A stretch of DNA of 64,000 nucleotides from Chloroflexota bacterium (GTDB taxonomy: Bacteria > Chloroflexota > Dehalococcoidia > Lucifugimonadales > UBA3495), in assembly GCA_027623675.1 (NCBI GenBank), contig JAQBVF010000005.1, positions 32,001 to 96,000 on the forward strand, read 5' to 3'. The translations under genes and the position numbers were made by a program. Under the pieces are notes generated by a model, which saw nothing but the letters and a program-made list of their open reading frames with translations, had not been told where the DNA came from and ran no database searches. This document shows positions 29,809 through 38,800 of the stretch, piece by piece. Within the stretch, counting starts at the first letter, position 1. The number at the start of each line of letters is the position of its first letter.

Positions 29809-30756
29809 CTATTTGGCTAGGGTGTACTTGGACAGCGAGCGCAGTTCCTTGGGCGGGTTCATGTGGGAGCCGCGGATGGTGAACGAAACCTCGGCCACAT
29901 AGATCGAACCCTGGGAGTCGACGGCGATGCCGTGGGGGGCGATGAATTGTCCGGGACCTTCCCCCTCATTCTTGTCGCCGAACTGGCTGACCAGGTTGCC
30001 CTTCAGGTCGAAGATGGAAACGCGGTGGCCCAGTCCGGGGGCATCGTCCACGCCGCCCATGCCGTTCAACTCGCCGACGTAGATATGCTCGCCCCAGAGG
30101 ACCATGGAGTCGGGCCGGTGGATGTTGCTCCACATGGTCTGGAACTTGCCATCGGTGTCGAAGATCTGGATGCGGTGGGCTTCCCGGTCGACCACGTAGA
30201 CGTTGGCGTCGCTGTCGATGGCGATGTTGTGGGGGCGGATGAACTGACCGGCGTCGATGCCGGGGCTGCCCCAGGAGAACTTGTACTCGCCGGCGCCGGT
30301 GTAGACGTGGATGCGGGAGTTGCCGTAGCCGTCTGACACGTAAACGTCGCCGTTTCCGGGATGGATGGCGGCGGAGGTAGGCCGGTTGAATGGTTCACCG
30401 CTCCAGCGGGGGGACGGGTTATTACGCTCACCGATCTCCATCAGCTTTTCGCCGGCGGCGCTGAATTTCTGGATGGTGTGGATGCCGTCGTCGGCGCATA
30501 GAAGCGAGTCGTCGTGGGCGATGTACAGGCCGTGTGTCCGGTCGGCGCTGAAATGGCCCTGGCCGAAGGACCGGACGTAGTTGCCGTCGCGGTCCAGAAC
30601 GATTATCGGTTCTTCGCCGCGGGTGAGGACGAATACGTTGTCATTGGAGTCGATGGCTACGCCAGGGCACTCTTTGAAGGTCATGCCGCTTGGCAACTTG
30701 GCCCAGTCTTTGACGAAGTTGTAGCGGAAATCTCCAATACCGTATACCTCGGGCAT
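29809..30756 (-). CDS. NHL-repeat protein, peptidyl-alpha-hydroxyglycine lyase (PAL)-like
   Basis: FNRPT..A, YVSDGYGNSRIH, F..PH.IA.D, DRE.HRIQ.FD. Confidence 0.9.
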   Translation of the reverse strand: MPEVYGIGDFRYNFVKDWAKLPSGMTFKECPGVAIDSNDNVFVLTRGEEPIIVLDRDGNYVRSFGQGHFSADRTHGLYIAHDDSLLCADDGIHTIQKFSAAGEKLMEIGERNNPSPRWSGEPFNRPTSAAIHPGNGDVYVSDGYGNSRIHVYTGAGEYKFSWGSPGIDAGQFIRPHNIAIDSDANVYVVDREAHRIQIFDTDGKFQTMWSNIHRPDSMVLWGEHIYVGELNGMGGVDDAPGLGHRVSIFDLKGNLVSQFGDKNEGEGPGQFIAPHGIAVDSQGSIYVAEVSFTIRGSHMNPPKELRSLSKYTLAK

Positions 30757-30929
30757 GGTTGGCACCTTCTGTTTTTTATTTTGCTGTGGTATTGCTTGCG
30801 CGAATTCCAGCACCGGACCAGGAGGGGAGCGGTCCATGACGGGCTTGGTTGGCAGGCATGGATATCCTAAGTCTGGCCGATTCAGGTGTCAATGGCTGGG
30901 TCGGTTCGCAGGCGTGGCGCGGGCTGAGG

Positions 30930-31298
30930 TTAGGTAGCGCTGGGGTCGCCTTGAAAGAGGCCGATGGGGTTGCCCTCGGTGTCGTTGCAGACCGCCGCGT
31001 AACCCACCTCGGGAATGGCCATCTTTGGCCTGACCACCGTGCCGCCATTGGCCCGGACCTTGGCGATGTAGTCGTCCACCGAGTCCACGTCGATGAAGTT
31101 CATGCCAGTGGCGCCGGGTTGGGGCCGGCCCATGATCGCGCCGTCGATGCCGGGGTGGTCGTCTCCGCCGGTGATGACCAGCCAGTAGTCCTCAGGCCCG
31201 TCCCACTTGTGCACCTGCCAGCCGAACACATCGGAGTAGAACTTGGTCGCCCGCTCTACTTCGTCGGCGTAGATCTCGAAATGGACCACTCTCGGCAT
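30930..31298 (-). CDS. VOC/glyoxalase family protein
   Basis: VVHFEI.ADE.ERA.KFYS.VFGW ... DTEGN.IGL. Confidence 0.93.
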   Translation of the reverse strand: MPRVVHFEIYADEVERATKFYSDVFGWQVHKWDGPEDYWLVITGGDDHPGIDGAIMGRPQPGATGMNFIDVDSVDDYIAKVRANGGTVVRPKMAIPEVGYAAVCNDTEGNPIGLFQGDPSAT

Positions 31299-31442
31299 GG
31301 GTCTCCTCCGGTGGGTTCTGGCGGTGGTTGTTCTGGCGGTTAGCGTGTCACTGCGTCACCGCCTCAAAATCGTCATTGACCGGGACCGGCACGTTTGGCG
31401 CAACGTTCTCCTGAGGGGGAACGGACGATCTATCGCGGCCGG

Positions 31443-33038
31443 TTATTGAATCACCCTGTTGCCTTCGCCTTTCAGGTAGTCGGCGGTGCGGAGGGCGAGG
31501 GCTTGGATGGTGGGCGTTGGATTCACGCAGGCGCTGGTGGTGAAGACGCTGCCGTCGATTATGAACAGGTTGGGAACGTCGTGGGTGCGTCCCCAGCGGT
31601 CGACCACCGACGTCTCCGGGTCCTCGCCCATGCGGGCCGTGCCCAGCAGATGCCAGCCGGCGTTACGGCGTAGGTTGGAGGTCATCACCTGCTTGGCCCC
31701 GGCGGCCTCCATGACCTCGGTCGCCCGGGCCACCGCGTGCTCCAGCATCCTGGCGGTGTTCTCGCTGACCGTGTAGTTGAGTTTGGGCGCGGGGATGCCG
31801 TCGCTGTCGGTTAGTTCCGGGTCTAGAGTGACCATGTTGTGCTCTTCGGGCAGGTCCTCGGTCATGATGGTGATGGCGACTGAGTGGCCGAAGCGCCCCT
31901 TGAATACTTCGTGATGCGTCTCGCCCCACGGCACCTTCTGGCCGAGCAGACCGCCGATTGCCGCCGGAAGGGGGGCATTGCCGTAGGCCAGCACTTGCAG
32001 GTCGTAGCCCCGGATGAAGTCGTTATCCGGGTCGGTCTCGTAGAACTCCTGGCTCAGCATGGTGCTGCCTCGGGGGCCGCCGTCCTCGGTTCCCAGCCAT
32101 TCGTCGAAGATGCCCAGCACCGAGCCAACCGGGTGGTGCATCAGACATTTGCCCACCATGCCGCTGCTGTTGGCCAGGCCGTTGGGGTACATGGCCGACT
32201 TGGAGTTGAGCAACAGCCGGGCGGTGCCCACGCCGTTACAGGCCAGCACCACCGCCTTGGCCTTCTGTTCCTTCAGTTCGCCGTCCTGGTAATAAAGGAC
32301 TCCAGTGGCGTTGCCCAACTCGTCTATCGTGATCTCTCGGACCCTGGCGTAGGTCTCCAGGCGGGCGCCCGAGTTCAGAGCGGACGGCCAATAGGTTAGG
32401 TCGGAGGAGGCGAAGGAGCGCAGGAAGCAACCCATGTCGGGGTCGCGGCCGTCATACTCAACCGAGGATATGGCGGTGTCGGATGCCCACCAGTGCCAGC
32501 CCAGTTTGTCGAAAGCCTTGGCCAGCAACTGGCCGCTCTTTCTGATGGAAAGGGGAGGACAAGGCCGCTGTGGTTTGTCGGGATAGGCCGGGTCTCCCTG
32601 TAACCCTGAAACTCCGGTCATCTTGTCGTTCAGGTCGTAGTACGGCTCCAGTTCCTCATAGGTCAGAGGCCAGTCATCGGCGACGCCCTCCAGGGTTTTG
32701 ACCCGGAAGTCGGAGGGGTGGAAGCGGGGAAAGTGGGCGCCCCAGTGGATCTGACTGCCGCCCACGGCGTTGTACATCAGCGGCGCAATGGGGGTCTCGT
32801 CCTCGTTGACGGGGTAGTCCTCGGGCAGACGCCGGAACGTGGGGTCGGGATGAAAGTCCGTCTGCCAGTGGAGTTGAGCGTCGTGTTCGGCGGTGGGAAA
32901 GGCGTCCGTGGGCACCCAGCCGCCCTGTTCCAAACAGACTACGTTGATTCCCGCCTGGGCCAGGCTCCAGGTGAAGGCCGCGCCGGAAGCCCCGGCGCCA
33001 ACCACGATTACGTCGGCGATGTCGTCGTTGTTAGCCAT
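31443..33038 (-). CDS. GMC-family FAD oxidoreductase
   Basis: VVGAGASG, VGGS..HW, DWP..Y.ELEPYY, RLLLNS, HLLGTARMG, NPT.TI.ALALR.A. Confidence 0.94.
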   Translation of the reverse strand: MANNDDIADVIVVGAGASGAAFTWSLAQAGINVVCLEQGGWVPTDAFPTAEHDAQLHWQTDFHPDPTFRRLPEDYPVNEDETPIAPLMYNAVGGSQIHWGAHFPRFHPSDFRVKTLEGVADDWPLTYEELEPYYDLNDKMTGVSGLQGDPAYPDKPQRPCPPLSIRKSGQLLAKAFDKLGWHWWASDTAISSVEYDGRDPDMGCFLRSFASSDLTYWPSALNSGARLETYARVREITIDELGNATGVLYYQDGELKEQKAKAVVLACNGVGTARLLLNSKSAMYPNGLANSSGMVGKCLMHHPVGSVLGIFDEWLGTEDGGPRGSTMLSQEFYETDPDNDFIRGYDLQVLAYGNAPLPAAIGGLLGQKVPWGETHHEVFKGRFGHSVAITIMTEDLPEEHNMVTLDPELTDSDGIPAPKLNYTVSENTARMLEHAVARATEVMEAAGAKQVMTSNLRRNAGWHLLGTARMGEDPETSVVDRWGRTHDVPNLFIIDGSVFTTSACVNPTPTIQALALRTADYLKGEGNRVIQ

Positions 33039-33078
33039 ATGACTCTTCCTTTTAGGTGTTCTGCTCCTGACGTGGTTC

Positions 33079-33104
33079 GGGGCACGGCACTGCCGTGCCC
33101 CTAC
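33079..33104 (-). repeat. GTAG-type REP-like palindrome
   Basis: Minus strand GTAG-GGGCACGGCA-G-TGCCGTGCCCC. Confidence 0.65.
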
Positions 33105-33134
33105 AGGCTATTCGAGCTGGATGCTATCTGGTTT

Positions 33135-34331
33135 CTACTTCCTCTCAAACATGGCGGCCACGCCTTGTCCGCCGCCAACACACATGGTCTCCAAGCCGAA
33201 CTGGGCGTCGCGGCGCTCCATCTCGTTCAGCAGGGTGGTCAGGATGCGGGCGCCGGTGGCGGCGATGGGGTGACCCAGCGAGATGCCCGAGCCGTTGACG
33301 TTCAATTTGTCGTGGTTGGGCAGCTTCCACTCACGGAGCACCGCCAGCACCTGGGCGGCGAAAGCCTCGTTGAGTTCGATCACGTCCATGTCGCTCAGTG
33401 TCATGCCGACTTTGTCCATCAACTTGTTGACGGCGGCGACCGGGCCGATGCCCATGGTAGCCGGGTGGCAGCCGGTGACGGTCCAACCCTTGAGGAAAGC
33501 CATGGGCACCAGACCCAGTTCCTCCAGTTTGTCTTCGGCAACCACCAGGCAGACCGACGCGGCGTCGTTCTGGCTGCTGGAGTTTCCGGCGGAGACTGAG
33601 CCGTCGGGCATCACCGGGCGCAGGCGGGTCAACGCTTCCATACTGGTCTCGGCGCGGGGTCCTTCGTCCTTGTTGAAGGGAACCGGGTCGCCGCGGCGCT
33701 GGGGAACGTCAATCCGTACGATCTCGGCGTCGAACTTGCCCTCATTCTGAGCGGCGATGGCCCGTTGGTGGCTGCGCAGGGAGTATTCGTCCTGTTCCTC
33801 CCTGGAAATCTCGTACTGTTTGGCCAGGTTCTCGGCGGTCTCGACCATGCCCGAGATGTAGCCGAAACGCTCCTCGGGAGCGATGGTCTCGCGGGCGCGG
33901 GCCAGACGGTCGTGCAGGTTGATGGAGCCGAACCGCGCGCCCCACCGGGACTCGTTTACATAATATTCGGCGTTGCTCATGCTCTCCACGCCGCCGGCGA
34001 TGACCACATCGGCATTCTCGGTCTGGACCATCATGGAGGCGTTGAGTATGGCTTGGAGACCGGAAGAGCAACGGCGGTCAAGTTGGTAGCCGGGCACTTC
34101 GATCGGCAGACCGGCCTTGAGGAGGGCCAAACGACCGATGGCCGGGTTCTCGCCGCTGGGATATCCGTGGCCCAGGATCACGTCATCCACTTTAGAGGGG
34201 TCCAGCTTGCTGCGCTCCAGCGTTTCTTTGATCACTGTGCTGGCCAGTTCGCTTGCTGTTACGTCCCTGAGGGTTCCTCCGAAATTGCCCACAGCAGTGC
34301 GGACCGGTGAAACGATGGCTACGCGTCGCAT
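33135..34331 (-). CDS. Acetyl-CoA C-acyltransferase (thiolase)
   Basis: R.CSSGL, GGVESMS, NEAFA, GHPIAATG, MCVGGGQG. Confidence 0.96.
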   Translation of the reverse strand: MRRVAIVSPVRTAVGNFGGTLRDVTASELASTVIKETLERSKLDPSKVDDVILGHGYPSGENPAIGRLALLKAGLPIEVPGYQLDRRCSSGLQAILNASMMVQTENADVVIAGGVESMSNAEYYVNESRWGARFGSINLHDRLARARETIAPEERFGYISGMVETAENLAKQYEISREEQDEYSLRSHQRAIAAQNEGKFDAEIVRIDVPQRRGDPVPFNKDEGPRAETSMEALTRLRPVMPDGSVSAGNSSSQNDAASVCLVVAEDKLEELGLVPMAFLKGWTVTGCHPATMGIGPVAAVNKLMDKVGMTLSDMDVIELNEAFAAQVLAVLREWKLPNHDKLNVNGSGISLGHPIAATGARILTTLLNEMERRDAQFGLETMCVGGGQGVAAMFERK

Positions 34332-34554
34332 AAATCACTCCTAAAAAAGCCGTCAATAATTTTGCGGCATATGATTATTGCCGCAATAATAACGTTTTGC
34401 CTCAGGTGTGTCGAATGCCTGAGAAGCGCACCGGACGAGGCGTGAGCACGGAATAATAAACAGGGCCGGCCCGTATCCGCGCCGACCCTGGTTGGGACCT
34501 GCCCGGGTTTAGACCTGCCCCGGTTTAAAAACGAAGCTTCAGGTAATCAGATAG

Positions 34555-35187
34555 CTACCTGCGGGCGGTTCTCAATCCGTCTAGATTCCGCTCCAAACGC
34601 TCCAGGGTGTCTAGCCATCCCGGCGGCAGCAGACCGCGCGCATCAGCGGGAACGACATCAGCGGCATTGACCATCACGGGGACCAATGTTGACTCGGTGA
34701 GCTTGGTCTCCAGTCCGGAGAGGTCGCCGGCTTCGTAGGGTGTGAGCGCCAGGACCCGGCCAGGCAGCCCGGATTCTACGCGGGTCTCCAAGAAACCGCC
34801 AGGACCGCCGTATGAGAGCCCCGCGAGGCCGATCACCATCGCCAGCGCCAAGGCAGCGCCCACCGCCAGGCCAGCAGTCATGCCGGCCAGCCGGTCGGCC
34901 CAGCCCATGAACATGCCGTAGACCAGCTTGCGGACTAAACCGGCCGCCACCATTGTTACGGCGACGGCGGCGAATATGGTGATGGCGTAGGACAGTAGGT
35001 CAATCACCGCCGCGTTGGACATGAATCCGGCCAACCATCCGGCGGTGTCGTCCCGGTAGTGGCCAACCACGATGAATCCGGCGGCCACTCCTAACACGGT
35101 AAACGAGGCGCGGACCATGCCGGTCCACATACCAAACGGCCCGCCTGCAGCCAAGATCCCGACTAGTATGATATCTAACCAGTTCAT
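34555..35187 (-). CDS. CvpA-family membrane protein
   Basis: MNWLDII, G...G, DRLAG...G; GGAGG RBS. Confidence 0.85.
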   Translation of the reverse strand: MNWLDIILVGILAAGGPFGMWTGMVRASFTVLGVAAGFIVVGHYRDDTAGWLAGFMSNAAVIDLLSYAITIFAAVAVTMVAAGLVRKLVYGMFMGWADRLAGMTAGLAVGAALALAMVIGLAGLSYGGPGGFLETRVESGLPGRVLALTPYEAGDLSGLETKLTESTLVPVMVNAADVVPADARGLLPPGWLDTLERLERNLDGLRTARR

Positions 35188-35832
35188 GTCGTGCCTCCTA
35201 TATCCTGGTGCTATCTCCGCGCATTCGGAAACGGGGTTTCCGTCACGTCCCATGAACATAATGGCGCGAAGTGTATTACCGGTGTATTAACCCAGCTTTG
35301 AAGCCGGATTCTGTTTCGACTGGGCGACGGAGCGACGGAGCGACGGAGATTTACGGAGATTCAACGACAGTCCTGCTCTACCGCCTTTACTCCGAGACCA
35401 CAAGTAATCTTTATCGGGGGCCTTCTTTTAGGTTGGATCGCTGGACGCAGGGGTTTCCCGGAAGTCGGTCCTGGAATGGGAGAAAGCAGACTGGGATAAC
35501 GGAATAATGATGCAGAAATGAAATAGAAAAGGACCGTTTCGCGCCAACCAGTAAAGCGGTGGCAGACCGGCGGCCCTTTTCGTAGGGGTTTGGGGATGAT
35601 ATCGTACCTCTATGGGCCGTATATCGACAACGGGATTCTGTCAGCAGAGTGATTCAGGAATCTGGTATAGAATCACATCAGGAAACCGGTTAGATGGATC
35701 CTCGAATCGGTATAACTGCTAGAGATTGTTAAGGCCAAAATTGATCATTCACGCTGATGGCATGACCGACCGTGGACCAACCAAGCTCTGCCCGCGAAAA
35801 GCAATTGGCGCGGAGCCGGTTGCCATAGCCAT

Positions 35833-38800
35833 ATGACCGCTAGAAACAGCGCCGATGATTTCCCCACGGGCGCAGACCTGAGACCGGGGCGTGGGAATGG
35901 CAAGAAACCATCTGCCGGCCCAGCCCGAAAATCTCCTCGGCGGGCATCGGATGATTCCGTTGGTGGTCCGGGTTCCGGCGCTCCCAACGGCTTCAGCTCT
36001 GACCTCAACCAATACGTCAGCCGATATGCCAGGCAAGACTCCCAGTTCAAGGCGCTGGTCGAGACCGGTCTGGATATCGTGGTCGTACTGAACCATGACG
36101 GCTCCTTCCGTTACCTGAGTCCGTCGGTACACCGGGTGATCGGCTACCATCCCGACGAACTCATGGGCGAGATTGCCTTCAATCATATGCAGGAAGATGA
36201 CGCGTCCGAGCAACTGGAACTTTTCACCAACGTCGTCTCGGACAAAGACCGCAACACAACCGGACTTCCAAGATCCTTTCGGTTCCGGCACAAGGATGGT
36301 CATTGGGTGGTGCTGGAAGCCGTTAGCACAAAGCTGCCCGAGGGTTCGGACCCCCCAGGCATAGTGGTCAACGCCAGGGATATCACCGAACGCGTGCAGG
36401 CCCAAGATGCTTGGCGTGAGGTAGCGGATTCGGACCGGCGGCTCGTCCAGGAGACGGAGGTGGTCGCCGAAGTGGGCCGGATCGTCAGCTCCACCCTCAA
36501 CGTCGAAGAAGTTTTCGAGCTATGCGCCGCCCAGGTGAAACGGCTGATCGATTTCGATGTCCTGGCAGCCAGCGTCATAGATTACTCAGCGCAGACCACC
36601 TCCATCAGATATTGGTCGGGCCCTCGCCGGTTCCGCGACGATATGGATACCACGGTCCCCCTGATGGGGACCCTGACGGGCGACGTTATGGCCACCGGCA
36701 AGCCGGTTCTGGTCCACGCCACCTCCGAACAGGAGATGCGCCGAAAGTTCGTTCATCTAGCCGAGAGTTTCCACGGAGGCGTCCTCTCTTGGTTGGCGAT
36801 CCCAATGGTGAACCAGGCCCAGGTGGTCGGGGCTCTGTTGATTTTTTCTTCAAAGCCCAATGCATTCTCCGACGTGGACATTGCCCTCGCCGGGCGGATC
36901 GGAAATCAGATCGCGGGCGCGATCCACAATACAGAGTTGTTCGCCGGATTGAAGCAGGTCCAGAGCGAACTGGTGATCAGCGCCATCGAGCGGGGCGAGG
37001 CGGCCTCGCGGAACCAGGTGATCGCCGAGATCGGCCGGATCATCAGTTCAACACTGAACGTGGCTGAGGTATTCGAGTTGATCGCCGCTCAGGTAAAACC
37101 CTTGATCAACTTCGACATGCTTGCGGCCTGCGTCATCGATTATTCCCAGCAGACCACGGCGGTCAGGTATTGGTCCGGCGCTCAGATATTCGGCGACAGT
37201 TTCGCCAGCTCCGTGCCCCTGGTTGGGAGCGTTACCGGCAAGGTGGTAGACACCGGACAGCCCGTCCTCGTTCAAGGACTCTCTGAAGAAGAGATAATTA
37301 GAGATTACATCTGGATCTACGAGAGCTACGGGGCAGGGATACGGTCTTGGCTTGGGCTGCCGATGGTAAACCGGGGTGAAATGATCGGGGCATTGCTCTG
37401 GCTCTCCGCCGAGCCTGTAGCCTTCTCTGATACCGATGTTGCCCTGGCCGGCCGGATAAGCAATCAGATCGCCGGGGCCATCGACAATGCCGAGTTGTTT
37501 GCCGGGTTGAAGCGGGCCGAAGCCGAATTGGCCGTCAGCGTGGTGGAGCGGAGCGAGGCCGCCGCTCAGAACCAGGTTATAGCCGAGATCGGCCGAATCA
37601 TCAGCTCGACCATGGATGTTGATGATGTCTATCAGCTTTTCGCGAATCAGATGCGCAATCTCTTCGACTTTGACGATCTGGCCATCTGCGTGGTTGACCG
37701 GGAAGGTGGGCCGGGCCGAATAGCGCACCTCACTGGGAACGGCCTGACGGGAATAGTCGTCGGATCGGAGGTTCCCATCAACGGCAGCCTGACCGGTGAA
37801 GTAGGCACGCTCAAGCGCTCTGTCGTGATACAGGGCTTGTCGGAACCAGAGATCGAGAAGAGGTTGCCTTTCATAGTCGTTAGCTACAGGGCCGGGACGC
37901 GGTCCTGGTTGTGTGCTCCGCTGATAAACGGAGGGGAATTTATCGGCTCGGTGTTGATGTTCTCCAGGGATGAGACCGCTTTCAATGAGCGCGACGCCGA
38001 CTTGGCGCAGCGGGTGGGCAACCAGATCGCCGGCGCGGTTGGCGGGACCAGGCTCTTCTCTGACCTGAAACAGGCGGAATCGGAACTTGCGATAAGTGTT
38101 GTTGAGCGTAGCCAGGCTGCCGCTCAGAATGAAGTCATAGCTGAGATAGGCCGAATCATCAGTTCCACACTGGACATCGACGAGGTTTACGATGCCTTCG
38201 CCGCCCAGGTCAGGAAATTGATCAGTTTCGACGTTCTTTGCGTCAGCGTTGTCGAACCGGACGGAGGGTCACTCCGGGTCGCCCACCGGGTGGGCAACAA
38301 CCTCCTGGGTAAAACAGTGGGGGCGCCGGTCCCATTCGAGGGCAGCATAACCGGCGAAGTGGTCAGGCGAAAAGGGGCGGCCATCGTTCAGGGAATGTCC
38401 AAGGGTGAATTGCTGGAAAGATTCCCGGAGGTTACGGCCACCTACCAGAGCGGCGTGCGCTCCTGGCTGTGTGTGCCGTTGCTGAATCGGGGAGAGTTCG
38501 TTGGCACACTGCTGGTGCTCTCGACAAAGCGGAACGCTTTCGACGACCATGACGCCGACCTAGCCCAACGGGTCGGGAACCAGATCTCCGGTGCGGTCGG
38601 CGGGGCTGAGTTGTTTGCCGAACTGAAGCAAGCAGAGTCGAAACTGGCGGCCAGCGCTGCCGAAAGGGGCGAGGCTGCCTCCCAGAATGAGGCGATCGCC
38701 GAGATCGGCCGGATCATTGGTTCCAGCTTGGAGATTGAGGACGTTTACCAGCCGTTCGCGGATCTGGTCCGCAACCTGATCGACTGTGATGTATTGGCCA

